From the NCBI GenBank assembly GCA_047495785.1, contig JBLDXI010000060.1:248001-312000 (forward strand): DNA of 64,000 nucleotides, read 5' to 3'. Every line of letters starts with the position of its first letter. Position 1 is the stretch's first letter. Positions 32,887 through 44,854 of this stretch are shown here, piece after piece. This DNA comes from Lepidodermella squamata. Its lineage: Eukaryota > Animalia > Gastrotricha. Below the pieces are notes generated by a model. The model did no database searches. It was not told where the DNA came from and was given only the letters and a program-made list of their open reading frames with translations. A program made the translations under genes and the position numbers.

Positions 32887-34795
32887 TCACAACATAAGAG
32901 TGAATAGAGCAATATCTGCTGACAAGTTCAAAACAAGCAATACGATGAAAAAAGCCATGTCTAGTAAGCGTATTTTTGAAATTTTGTAATGCCAGATATT
33001 GATGCGATGCGTTTTCGAAAAGGACTTTCTATGGGCGAGCTCACAGGTGACCAAGCAGTAAACCGTCGTGAAAATGCTCTCCACAAGCAGAAAGGACATG
33101 TAAATCAATGCGTAGCAAATTTCCGATGATTTCGGAATCGAAGCACTAACATTGCCCTGGAGAACAGCGTAGGCCAGAACAACAGTGCTGCAAAAAGCAG
33201 GCCTATCTGGAAATTCCGGGGGCAGAATCAGTATCGCAAACATTAGAATCAGTAGCGCGAAGCTCGGAAAGAAGGAATCTAGCAAGTAGATGCTCGAGCG
33301 GCGCTTCAAAACAAACGTGAAAACAGCTTGATGGTATATATAATTCAGTGCGGATTGAACACTCGCGTCCCAAATTGGGTATGAATGATTGACGATTTCT
33401 GCGTGAGAGTCAAGCAGCTGCCACACGTCAGCCGGGCTGATAAAATTGTGATCCCCAGTCGGGACGAGTTGATCGACGCTGATCACGTTTCCAGGCATCA
33501 AGGTTAGCCGCATTTTACTCAAAGGGTCCCATGACTCGATTTTAATGCGGCACTCCTGCACATCAAACGGGAAGTTCTTCAATCTAAACATCAAAATTGA
33601 AGGTTCAAAACCAATCGAGGGATTTCTATTACATCAGATGGCAATCCGACCGCCACGTCATAACAATAGGAGTGAATAGGTTCCCATCGGGTGTTAGATA
33701 GGCCTTAGCAAATGTTTCGATATATCTGTTCGATGGAGGCAATAATATGAAAGCTGAAGGGTTTGCAAGAGTCACGAACATTTCAATCGCTGATCTGTCG
33801 TCTGCTGTATTGACGTGCGACATAGGCGGATACCACATATCGCCTGTAATGAAGGCTAGATCTTTCGGTATTGTATCGTTACTCACCTCCCATTTAGCAC
33901 ATGGGTGCGACCAGCCTATGTCTAACTCGCCCCACATTGAAAATCTAGCGAATTTTGCAAGTTAAATACAGTAGTTTTGCGTTAAGCCGGACGACAATAA
34001 GCCGGACTTGCGTTAATACGGACAAAATCGGCTGGCTCGTGCCGCGGACTAGTGTTTTACATACTAATAGTTGCAATAAGCCGGACGACATTAAGCCGGA
34101 CATGCGTTAAAACGGACAGATTTTTATTGAATTTAACTTCAAAATGTCCGGCTTATAGTAGAATTTTCTGGAAAATACCCGCCGAAAATAAAAAGTACCA
34201 GCTGCGAGCCGAGTGAGCTATGCACCAGCTAGAACTGTCACCGCTGGTTTACTTGTGCTACATTTACTAGCAGTTTTTCATTTGAAAACTGTTTCGAACA
34301 GTTGAGAAATTATCAAAAATTCGCCATGCCTAAGCGCGCGTTATCGCCCACCTTGTCGGCATCCGAAGAGAGTAGCGACCCTGACTATGAGGAGACTATG
34401 AGGCGGATACTTGTAAAAAAATATTGAATAATTGAAGCTTTTTTCTAAACCGGACATGTCCCGCTTACAATTAGCCGGACTTTCATTAAGCCGGACAAAA
34501 TCGTCTGGCGCGGGTCGTGTCCGGCTTAACGCAAAACTACTGTACTAGATTACAAGGAATCATTGATGTGAAATTACACTTGAAGCTGGCTGTCGATAGT
34601 GTGAAATCGGCCTGGCAGTAGACCAATGCTAACAAGGATCGCATCGTCAATTTTGGCTACAGGCCGTGATTTCGACATCATTGTGCAGTTGTCAATCAAT
34701 GCACGTTTGAATTCGTCATCAGCCGGCTTGAAACGATCAAAACATAAAACTGCGCAAATTTGAAAAACGCAGGAAATAAGGATAAAAGTTTTCAT
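32887..34795 (-). CDS. Divergent Cys-loop LGIC subunit (LGIC4); intron 1 carries a MITE
   Basis: Signal peptide, SRPV, WSHPCAKW, WYPPMSHVN, CHLILKNFPFDVQEC, M2 PDRPAFCSTVVL. Confidence 0.88.
33969..34542. mobile_element. Tc1/mariner-pogo (Tigger-like) non-autonomous MITE, 574 bp
   Basis: Perfect 24-bp TIR CAGTAGTTTTGCGTTAAGCCGGAC, TA target duplication on both sides, repeated subterminal TAAGCCGGAC motifs. Confidence 0.92.
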
Positions 34796-35114
34796 TTTAG
34801 TTGAAATTTGGAAAATGCAATGCGCAGTAGCCAGAAATCATCGAGCTCACGAATTGTAGTGTATTGGAACATGGCCTCAAGAGGAATCCTCGGACTTTGT
34901 TTATTCAAAAACATGAAAATGAAATCATCGCGGAATTATCCCCAGTGTACCAGTCTATCAGCGTCTGTGAATTATTTTCGAACAAATGTATGCATCTCTG
35001 TGTCACGTGTCACTTGTCACGTGCTTTCAATGAATGCACTCTAATCGGGCTATCGAATGTCAATACATGGGCAGTCCGAATATACGGCTGATCCCAGTTG
35101 TTCAAAATGGCACA

Positions 35115-36520
35115 TCAAAATGAGGTATGGTTACTAGCATTCTTAGTATCGTCAATGTTCATCAAACTTAGACGACTCTTCTCGCCAGACGTGTAGTCGA
35201 TCATTATGAGAAAATAGGTAAGCAATCCAGCGAGAATCTGCAGGAAAATGTAAAAACTATTCAATTACCAAGAAAAGCAAGCTTACCGCTGCAAAAGTTT
35301 CACTTTTCAACGGGATCATACCCAGGTAACTGAAGCAAACTTGTTCAGTCGTAACTTGCGCCAAAAGCATTGAAAGCTAAAACGGTTAGAATTTAAAAGA
35401 CGGCTACCTTAAATTCTGAATTAATCACTTGAATCTGCATTTCCGATCCTTTGGTTTGAAGCCGTAAGTTGAACAGCTTCTCTCGAACCCGATCAGCGCT
35501 ACGGGCCATGTAAGCAGACGGCGCGATGAACAAATTTAGAAGAATGATCGAGAATATGAACCAAGTACTCTCCAGGCTCTTCAAAAGCGAATCTGCTAAA
35601 CCGCCCCATGCAATCTGGTACAAGTTGACAAGAGTGCCGATGAAGCCGTAACTTGTAGTCGCGAAAATTGCCAGCCGCATGTCTCTGTCAAGATGGCGAA
35701 CCAAGTTGACCAGGTACAAATGCCTATCTCTGACTAGCTCGATAAATTTCAGCTCCGGGTAGTAAGGCGGTTGGTCTTCACCTTCAACAGGGCTGATCTT
35801 CGTCGAAGTTCGTTTCGCGTATTCAGCAATATGGTTTGATAAATGTTTGAACTTGCGCCCCATGCTTACCGAGGCAATTAGAAAGAAGGCTAGTGAGAAG
35901 AGCATTCCCGTTCCGCTGATTAAACTGCAAGAAATGTGCATCGCAATCGACGCATAATTCCACACTGCCGGATCATCGATAAGATAGTCTAGGGGTGTGA
36001 CCATTATGCCGAATGCAGGTCGGTTCACAATTAAAAGGTACGAAATCAGAGCTGTAATTGCCAGCCAGGAAAAAATAAATAATACGGCCGCTGCCATGAA
36101 CAGGCAATGTCGTTGTGCCCATATGGGTTTAAGGTTCACCAGCTTGTTTTGGACAAGCGATTGCTGAATGTCCGTTATATTGACTGCTTTTGTAAATTTA
36201 CCCCTCCAACTGCCGACGAACATGTTCCATCTGATCATAGCCGCCTGTAGCTGGTAGAGCCCGATCGTTACGCAGTAAATCAAACGGAACATCGAAGTGT
36301 TTGACGTGTTGGACCATGCCAGAAACGAGAATACTCGAAAGCCATTCACCCAAGCGATGATCACTAGGACTACGGCGTATACCTTGTAAGCCATCGAACT
36401 TTTGCCGTCATATTCGTTGACAGGCCAGTTTGGCAACAAGCCAAATATCTTAAGCGGGACGTACAACGGTCTAAAAGCTAAGAAATCTTCCGAATATAGT
36501 GCTTTAGCTGTTCTATGCAT
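35115..36520 (-). CDS. Gustatory receptor-like (GRL, 7TM ion channel) 1
   Basis: Long first exon then two phase-0 3' introns as in insect GRs; ...CFSYLGMIPLKSETFAA|ILAGLLTYFLIMIDY corresponds to the TM7 TYhhhhhQF motif. Confidence 0.85.
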
Positions 36521-37163
36521 GACGATTCATTGCCAAGAATTGAAAAATTTCAACATCTGCACCCCAACACATTGGATGCTTTGCGTGATTGTTGATGAAT
36601 TATTAACCGAGTCGACACAATGTCAACATGTTTTCGTGATCCCGCGAATCTCTTCAAGTGGTTCTCGTTTTTTATCGTTCATTTGATCAGAAATTCGAAT
36701 CAATAATTCAGTATAGCAATACTAATAGTTGGCAACCAAATAAATTGCTCGCGTTTAGCTTGCGAACAATTATTCGCTAGAGATGTAGTCATTCATAATC
36801 GACAGCAGGCCAAATGCACAAGAAAAGAACCGAATCCTGAATTCATTCATGCATTATTCATTTTTCATTGTAACAAGCATTCTGTTATCATGTCCCTGCG
36901 GCCTGCAAAATCAGGTGGATTACTATGCGTGGTCCATATTCTATGGAGCCAAAATGAAATGTTAAAAAAAACGAATCGCCTAGCAGTCAACCAAATCTGA
37001 AATTATCCGCCGAAGACTCCCCATCGACAAATACGTAAGTAGGCAAGAGTAAAGCTTCATACACAATATATAACACTTTAAAATTTGCCGAGCTTTCATT
37101 TAATACTGAATAGCAAGAAAGCATGAACTCAGCTTTTCCGTTTTCAAACGACTTAGTTTTTAA

Positions 37164-38632
37164 TCACATTGAATCGAATGTGAACTTGTTGCCCAAAGCC
37201 ATTTCTTCAGAGCTGGAAGTAGCTTCTAGTCGTTTCATAACTGCGGCACCACAATCGTTGATGACTCGCGATGCTAAGCCGATGAGGCGTTCAACATTTG
37301 AGACATCCCGCATGACTTCCGCCATGGTAGGGCCGTGCAATTTGCAGTTTGTCATGGCAAAAGTAATGTCCACACGTTTTCGCGCTGATCTTACTACAGG
37401 TGACTCATCGAAATTGCCGGAGCCTACAACAAAACTGTTACATATACAAAAAATTTATAGGAAAATTACTACTGTGGAGAAACAGGCGGCAAGAGAATAG
37501 AGCTATTTCGACGAGGCTTGGGTTCCATTTGCTCATTGCTTCTGATACTCCGTTCTCAGCAGCTTTGGCCGGCTGAAAAAAGTGACCAACTGTTGAATGA
37601 GCTTACCCCCTGAAAATAATCTACTCAATTTACCACAACTTCTGGGTGATTGGCAAGTAGAACGGGTAGGATGCTGGAATTAGCTAAAAGGCTGCCAGTA
37701 ATGTTCGGCAGTGATGTGTAAGATAGTACAACGTTTTTCCAATTCCGAACTCTCAGGCACTGAACGTCAGATTCGGTCAGCCTGAAATTCTCTTAAATTT
37801 CCAAACTTTTGAACTGGTTTTGATAACATTCTTGAAAGCATACTCTGCATATGTTCGCCATATATTTGGCCGAGCCGTAGGAAACCAGCAATGTTGGCGA
37901 AAATCAGCTTTTTGATGAACTCAGAGTCGGCATACAAGTTTTCTGCACCATACGTGCTTCTCATTGGCAGCTATAGCAAATGCTATAATTTAGAACGTTT
38001 TCAATGCTAGAGATTAGCGCTTAATATACGTGATTGAGACCGTGAAGCTGCAGATGAACGTCTATCGCTCGTTTTACCGTATCTTCTGCAATCAGGCCAG
38101 CTGATGACGATGGATCTATACTTATCGTCAGTTTCGTCACGTTTTCGTTTCCAGGCTGCCTTAGGAATTTACCTGGAGAAAGAAATTCGGGAAAATGGGA
38201 AGAGAAAAAGTCGATATAGTGTACGCTTTCTATCTCCTAATAAACCGAATTTCTTCCGTAACCCTAGCAATCTCCACTAAAATGTCCACTTATTAATCCC
38301 CTGCTTTCGATTCGATTGAAACTTGACTCTGTTGGCTAGGACTAAGGTTTGAACTTACTTTTCATGCCAGCCTGAATGCATCTTTCAAATCGGCACTTCT
38401 TGCACATGCTACGCCGCATGTCCCTGCTGCTTGGGCATTCGCCCGCTCTTGCGTAAGTGTGGTTGCATTCCAGTGATTGCCAGTGCTCGACACTGCGTCT
38501 GAAAAACTTTTCACAAGCGGCACAAGCTCGCGGCTGGTAACTTGGACGCTTCACAACTTCAAGGCCGCAAACCTTGCAACCGGGTCGTAGTGGTTTTACT
38601 TTCTTGTGAAAAAACGATGGTGATGCATCCAT
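37164..38632 (-). CDS. Divergent nuclear hormone receptor 1 (multi-exon)
   Basis: C4 zinc fingers CKVC...CAACEKFFRR...CKKCRFERCIQAGM; downstream exons align with the ligand-binding region of NHR2. Confidence 0.8.
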
Positions 38633-39089
38633 CGCGTTATCAGCCGCAAAAAATGAATGCCACGTGTAACTCTACAAGGTAAACGTGAAATTGCAAACTG
38701 CAACGTTCGGTGACAAATCATCAGAATTGTTGGGGTAGGAAACTTGCATTATTGGGGCGAAAGATTATGGAAGACAACGGCAAATAGGTACATGCATATT
38801 GATACAATCCCGGAGGCATATCTCGCTGTCTATCTCTCAAATAGAGCGGTCATCACATAATTAATTGTCACAGCTGGAGCTGACAGAAGTTATAGCATCT
38901 CGTAGACACGATTTGGTTGATCACAATGATGTCAATTAAAATAAATTCATAGCTTTGAATCGTCCATTACATAGATACGACAGGTCATTTATACGTTTTC
39001 ACTATCTCGAAATCTAAATCTAAATCTATCTCGAATTGTAGAAAGACTAGGCACTGCTACACACTATTAAGCAACCAGCCCTTTTGATT

Positions 39090-41966
39090 TTATAGAAAAA
39101 ACAGCCATGAAGCAGAATCGTGAGAGAATCGCTTCTCAGATCTCTCATGTGCAGTCTGTGAATAGAAGGTGTCGTATTCGTGGCACACCGCACATGATTT
39201 GACGTATTCAGCAGTAATTTCCTCGTAATTGCGGAAATAGAATCGATCTTTTAAGGTGGATAGGGTGCGTTCAACGCCGAAATGACATTTCTCGTCATGC
39301 ATAGCGTGAAGCACGGTGACGATGAGATTCTCAGGTACGACGATCTGGTAACCCGATTCAGAGGCAGGGTAGTAGCGACACAACAAGCCATCAGGCGCTA
39401 TGAAATACTTGCTACGCTGCTTTTGATTGTGACGAAGGCGGCGTTTCTTGGAGCGACAACGACGATCGGCGGCTTGCGCCGAAACCAAAACATCGCGAGT
39501 CAAGTTAACGCCACAGGGCGTGAGGGAGCGGAACGGGTCGCCCTCGTTGTACGCGTTCTCGTCGACAACAACGTCGTCATCGAAAGTAAGATCGGATGTC
39601 ATAGCGTTGATGGAAGCCGGGAGCGGCGTAGCTCGATCAGGCATACGCGACATCGCATCGGCATTCGCATGAGTTGAACCTCGGCGCGTTATTATATTCA
39701 GCGGATATTGTTGTAGGATCATTAGGTAGTTGGACAACCGACCTCCGGAGTCCTTCCAGGTGTTCAAAGTACGAAGAGCAGCGGCGTCAGTAATGACGTC
39801 GGTGGTAATCGAATTCAAACCCGGCGAGATGTAAGGCTTAATCTGCTTTAGCCCGTAAAGGACGGCAAGAACCTCACGTTCACAACTAGAATAATTGCGC
39901 TCGGCCTTAGTCAGATTTCGAGAACCGAAAGCGACTGGGCGCCGGGTACCGTCGTCCTGGTCTTGTTCGAGAACGTAGCCGAGACCGGACCCCGACGCAT
40001 CAGTTGATAAAATAAATTTCTTGTCAAACTGAGGAAAGGTCAAACAAGGCGGCGAGATCAACGCCTTTTTGAGCTCATTAAAAGCGTTCTCGGCATCCTT
40101 ATTCCAGTGAAAGTTGTTCTTACGTTGTAGCTCGTATAACGGAGCTGCGATCATCGCAAAATTCTTGATAAATCGCCGATAATATCCGGCTAACGAGGTA
40201 AAAGCTCGAAGTTCGCTAACCGTCGTAGGGACGGGAAAATTCTGGACCTTCGAAACTCGGTCCCGAAAGATAGATAAACCGTCCTGGCTAATAGTGTGGC
40301 CAAGATAGGTGATGGAGCGACGAAAAAGTTGGCATTTCGAACCCTTAATTTTCAAGTTCATTTTACGCATGCGCTCAAGCACGACGCGGAGATCATGAAA
40401 ATGTTGTTCTTTATTCGGGCTGAAAACTAGAATATCGTCGAAATAAGTGGCGACGATGCGGCCCAGTAAACCAGTCATGCAGAACGTGAGCAGACGGTTC
40501 CAATAGGCCGGGGCGGTTTGAGCACCGAAAGGCATTCTATTCATGGTCCAGGACCCTTGGGATGATCTGAACCCTAAATATTGCTTTGAATCTTCGGACA
40601 CTTTCATGTGAAAATAAGCCTGATTGATATCAATAGCTGAGAAAATGCGTGCTTTCGACAATAAATCAAACTGGCTCCAAATTTGCGGTATTGGGTGTGA
40701 GCCGTCATTCACAGTCATGCTATTTAGGCGGCGAAAATCATGGGCTAGGCGCAGTGAACCATCCTTTTTCCTCAGGGCAAGGAGGCAGCTACTATACGGC
40801 GTAGCGGCCGGCTCAGCAATGCCGTGTTTAACCCAGTCTTGTATTTCCTTCTCAACCATTTCCCTCTCATGATGTGACTGACGCCGAAGCGGCTGAATGA
40901 ACGGCGGGCCTTCGACCTTGACCTTGAACTCAAGGGCATCGCACAGGCCGATATCCAGCCTATGGCGCGCGAAACAATCCTTGAATTCGCACAACAAACT
41001 ACGCATTCTACGGCGTTCATCAGTGGATAGTTCCGACTTTTCCAAATCGACATCGGGCTCCCAGTCATCGCGGGCGTCGGCCGGCGGCGGCGACGGTCGT
41101 TTGGATGACTGGCGGTTACGATCAGCGCCTATTATGTCGATGTGGACACCCTCGACGAGAAAGGCGGCGACTTTCTGGCCTTTATAGATTTTCACAGGTG
41201 ATCGCCCGGGGTTGAGTAACTCGACCCAAATACGACCCTCATCATCTACCTTGGAAAGTGAGCGTGAGACGACGAAGTCGCGCTCATGATTTTGCGTGTC
41301 GCTAGGCTCGTCATGTAAGTTATCACTAACGACGGTTTTTCCCGTAAGACCATGACCCGTAATGCGTGCACGGACGCGGATGGGCTTACCCGGCGGAAGA
41401 ACTACATCATCCAAAGACGCCGCACGCAAATCCGGATGCGTGACTGCGTTTATGGCGTACGGTGAATACGGCGCGGCGTGTAACGGAATAGAACCCGCGT
41501 CATCACGCAGAAAAATAACATTACGAGAATTGCTTATACTGTCGGCGAACTTGTATGTAAAATCGTGACCTAACAAGCCGTCGGCATGCAAATTCCGAAT
41601 GAAATAAAACTGGTGTAAAAATTCGTGTCTACCGAAGCGTATCGGGATAGTCGCCTTGCCCAAAACTTGCAAGGGCTGGCTATCAGGCCCGTTGGCTTTA
41701 GCGGGCTCAAGGCGAATACCAGGGTAAAGAAAGCGGGCATCGATGCAACTATGAGTCGCACCGGAATCGAGAAGCATGGCAACATGCCGAAGTGAGCAAC
41801 TATCATTTTCAGCGACGTCAACTAAATCCATGTGAGCGACGAGGCCGCTCGGAGCGTGTGAACAAGAAGAAGACGGTAAAGTAGTGACAGATGAAATAAT
41901 AGCGGGACAGGTGGCATCGGCGGAGGCGTGTCCGGTCCCATCGGACGGCCTCCTTAATAGTTTAAA
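39090..41966 (-). CDS. pol: Truncated Pol (PR-RT-RH-HHCC) reading into flanking DNA
   Basis: Open 913-aa ORF, slippery site at 41966-41960; the residues after CAVC come from host sequence. Confidence 0.85.
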   Translation of the reverse strand, partial: FKLLRRPSDGTGHASADATCPAIISSVTTLPSSSCSHAPSGLVAHMDLVDVAENDSCSLRHVAMLLDSGATHSCIDARFLYPGIRLEPAKANGPDSQPLQVLGKATIPIRFGRHEFLHQFYFIRNLHADGLLGHDFTYKFADSISNSRNVIFLRDDAGSIPLHAAPYSPYAINAVTHPDLRAASLDDVVLPPGKPIRVRARITGHGLTGKTVVSDNLHDEPSDTQNHERDFVVSRSLSKVDDEGRIWVELLNPGRSPVKIYKGQKVAAFLVEGVHIDIIGADRNRQSSKRPSPPPADARDDWEPDVDLEKSELSTDERRRMRSLLCEFKDCFARHRLDIGLCDALEFKVKVEGPPFIQPLRRQSHHEREMVEKEIQDWVKHGIAEPAATPYSSCLLALRKKDGSLRLAHDFRRLNSMTVNDGSHPIPQIWSQFDLLSKARIFSAIDINQAYFHMKVSEDSKQYLGFRSSQGSWTMNRMPFGAQTAPAYWNRLLTFCMTGLLGRIVATYFDDILVFSPNKEQHFHDLRVVLERMRKMNLKIKGSKCQLFRRSITYLGHTISQDGLSIFRDRVSKVQNFPVPTTVSELRAFTSLAGYYRRFIKNFAMIAAPLYELQRKNNFHWNKDAENAFNELKKALISPPCLTFPQFDKKFILSTDASGSGLGYVLEQDQDDGTRRPVAFGSRNLTKAERNYSSCEREVLAVLYGLKQIKPYISPGLNSITTDVITDAAALRTLNTWKDSGGRLSNYLMILQQYPLNIITRRGSTHANADAMSRMPDRATPLPASINAMTSDLTFDDDVVVDENAYNEGDPFRSLTPCGVNLTRDVLVSAQAADRRCRSKKRRLRHNQKQRSKYFIAPDGLLCRYYPASESGYQIVVPENLIVTVLHAMHDEKCHFGVERTLSTLKDRFYFRNYEEITAEYVKSCAVCHEYDTFYSQTAHERSEKRFSHDSASWLFFL

Positions 41967-43683
41967 TGATCGCCACGCTGTTCACGCGCGTCATAAGACA
42001 AACGCGGCTGATAATCACGATCGCGCGACGGAGTACGGCGCATGCCGCGCTGATGATAGGGCGAGTGACTAGAACGGTAGTCATCGCGAGAACGACACTG
42101 ATCGGCGTAATGACCAGGGCGGTGGCATTTATCGCAAACAGGGGTGCGAGGACGGCGATCGTCCCGCTGTTGTAGCAAATCGCGCATCTTGGAACGGCAC
42201 TCGGCCTCGACATGGCCGGGCTTCGAGCAATAATAGCAGGACGGGCGCGAACTACCACGCCGTTTATCATTATTAGAAGTGTTGTTATTATTATTATCGT
42301 TCTCGCGGCTGCGGTAGGCGGACCGGTTGTTGTAATGACCACGGCCCTTGTCGCCGTAGCTCGGCTTGTTGCGACCAAGCTCCTGAACCTGCGCGGTCAG
42401 CGCGTTGACAGCTTGAATCAGCGCCGTTTCGGTCGGCTCAGCCTTAACGACGGCGGCAGCAGCAGGCGGCGCCGCAGCGGCGGGCGCAGGCGCAGGCGGT
42501 GCCAACGAGGTGGCCGCGCCTGGCGCGTAGTGCGGGGCGAGCGCGACCGGGGCCGGCGGCACATATAGAGGCGTACCTAACGAAGTCGCCGTCACGTGAG
42601 TGACCGGCGGCGGCGCGGCGCCAGGTAGGCCAATGGGAAAACCGGCATGGTTAAGGCCGAATGACGGCTGGGCATAAGGCTGGGGATACGAGGGAGTGTA
42701 AGAGACATGGCCGAATCCGGCTGGAAGCAGGGCCTGGGCGCCGGCAGGGCCGACGCGGATCGAGGTATCCGCGACCTCGGCGATGCGCAATAACTCCTCG
42801 CACGTTTGAGGTACGCCAAGCATAGCCATACGCTCACGAATAGCAGGCAAAATGCCGAAATAGACCCGATTAACAAGGTCCTTGCTAGTGTTTTCGGGTT
42901 CGCCACGCCCGGAATCAATCCACAAACGGCGAATAACGTCATAATACTGGCGAACGGTCTCGCCAGGGTATTGAGGGCGAGAATAAAACTGCATCGAGGC
43001 TAACACGGTGTCCGGCGCAAGGCCAGACGCGGCGAGAAGCGCCTTCCGCGCCTCATCAAAAGTAGTAAAACCAGAATAGTCAATAGTCGCCCACACCCGC
43101 TCAAGTTTGTTCGACAGAAACAAGGGCAGCATGTGGAGGACATGTTGTAGTGGGTGTAATCGATTTTCAGTGTCGCAAATGTAAGGCGCGACTTTAGCAA
43201 AACGACCCCAGGACGAAACGAACTCGTCGTAGGAATCGCCAGAAATCTGGCCGACACGCACGAGCGCCAGCTCGATAGGCATGGCGAAGGCGGCGGCCGC
43301 AGTAGTAGGCGCCGGCGGCGCGGGACGGCCAGGCGTAGCGCTCGTGGCCACGCCAAAACCGGGAACACCACCAGACAGAGCAGACCCAGCAGGGCCGGAG
43401 GAGCCGGATGCCATTAGACCGTAAATAACGAGAAAATGAGTGTGATGTTGCGGTAAAAGCAACGAAAAACCACTTCTGACACCAAAATTGTGTAATATCC
43501 GGCACGGTACGGATACCACACGGGTTCGATATAAAGAGTAAATAACAGTCGGGCAGAAATGATCCAAAACTCCTCATTTTATTGTTATTGTGTTTCAGTA
43601 TTTATACTGCGGCACGCAGGCCGCTTATTGGTTGGTATGCGGACCAATCGCGCTCGACTTGCGTGTCGCGCGTCCGCATAGCA
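39181..43683 (-). mobile_element. 3'-truncated second copy of the gypsy element (5' LTR 43491-43683, PBS 43470-43484, gag, pol as far as the integrase zinc finger)
   Basis: Near-identical to 16232-20734; homology ends at 39181; no integrase core, env or 3' LTR. Confidence 0.95.
41954..43414 (-). CDS. gag: Gag, intact, copy 2
   Basis: Same length as copy 1 with few substitutions. Confidence 0.9.
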   Translation of the reverse strand: MASGSSGPAGSALSGGVPGFGVATSATPGRPAPPAPTTAAAAFAMPIELALVRVGQISGDSYDEFVSSWGRFAKVAPYICDTENRLHPLQHVLHMLPLFLSNKLERVWATIDYSGFTTFDEARKALLAASGLAPDTVLASMQFYSRPQYPGETVRQYYDVIRRLWIDSGRGEPENTSKDLVNRVYFGILPAIRERMAMLGVPQTCEELLRIAEVADTSIRVGPAGAQALLPAGFGHVSYTPSYPQPYAQPSFGLNHAGFPIGLPGAAPPPVTHVTATSLGTPLYVPPAPVALAPHYAPGAATSLAPPAPAPAAAAPPAAAAVVKAEPTETALIQAVNALTAQVQELGRNKPSYGDKGRGHYNNRSAYRSRENDNNNNNTSNNDKRRGSSRPSCYYCSKPGHVEAECRSKMRDLLQQRDDRRPRTPVCDKCHRPGHYADQCRSRDDYRSSHSPYHQRGMRRTPSRDRDYQPRLSYDAREQRGDHLNY

Positions 43684-44114
43684 CAGATGGATTGATCATG
43701 AATATGAAGTTTTACATTGAATGTCAACTATATGCTGCGAATAGTATGATTTTTCACGGACTAACATCTGACAACACGACGACTAATTCGGTACATGTCC
43801 AGGCTCTACTATATTAATGCGCTTGATAAGGCAGAGAATCGATTTCTGTCCGTTTGCTCTATAAATATGTGAGTACTCGATTTAGAATAACCGTGAGAAA
43901 ACAAGACATCTACTTTGGGCTTTAGCGTGTGTTTCATGCTAGGGTTCCGCACGATAATTCAGATAGAAATTCAGACCAGGGCGAGGGCTGTAAAATTTTA
44001 ATGGTATATTATCGTACCCCAATTTCGCATGGCCAAGGTTGAAAAACACAGGGGTGACCCTTTGGTCCTAAAATTTTACCTCACTTGCTGCCCCATCAGT
44101 CATTCGCTTTTGAC

Positions 44115-44306
44115 ATATCGTAAGCGTCGTTGAATAACTCGGATTGCGATGTTTACGTCAGTTTGGTGGTGAGCGGTGACAGATAAAAAGTCTTTTGTTT
44201 TCCCTCTTCATTCAGCCGTTTAAAGCCGTTTTTTACTTGGCACCCGACACCTTGAATCTGAAGTAAACAAGGCTAAATCCGAGTTATTCAACGACGCTAA
44301 CGATAT
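44115..44306. mobile_element. Small MITE with ~31-bp terminal inverted repeats
   Basis: ATATCGTAAGCGTCGTTGAATAACTCGGATT versus AATCCGAGTTATTCAACGACGCTAACGATAT (1 mismatch); a decayed relative at ~44500-44655. Confidence 0.75.
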
Positions 44307-44854
44307 ACGTATTTATGGCCTTACACTGCGGCGATGATAGACAGCAACACTAATGATTTATAGTAATTCGTCTTTATAAATGAGAATGGAATGATACGGC
44401 AAATTAGTTCAACTTTGAGCGATGTGTTAAAGCTGTTGAAAGCAAAAACTAGAAGTCTGCGTTTTCCGCCTGCTTCCTGCCGCAATGGCAATGATGTGCA
44501 TCATCGTTGATTATTGAATAACTCGGATTCAAGCATTTTAACAGCAGGTTTACGTGAATAACTAGGAGAAAACAACTTCCTTATTATTTGACACCCTTCA
44601 CTTTTACCGTCGTGAGCACGAAGTTAATTCGAATACTAAATCCAACGGCGCTTCTTACTCTATCAAGTTGCATCATGCGCTTTTCCATCCATCAAAATCG
44701 ATTAGGCTGCTAAGTGCGGAATATAGTGACACCTTGTAAGTAACCTGCATTTCTAAAATCTTCAGTTGTTATTCCCACTCTTCACTTTTATAAAGTAGTT
44801 TGCAATACATAAGCTGAATGATCTAGCATTTATCATTGTTTCAATTTGCAAAAG

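Noticed and set aside
11774-43689. GAGATG left of the first LTR and CAGATG right of the last LTR as the TSD of a 32-kb composite element
   Set aside because: Mismatched, and the sequence interrupted at 11779 continues at 21274, not at 43684.
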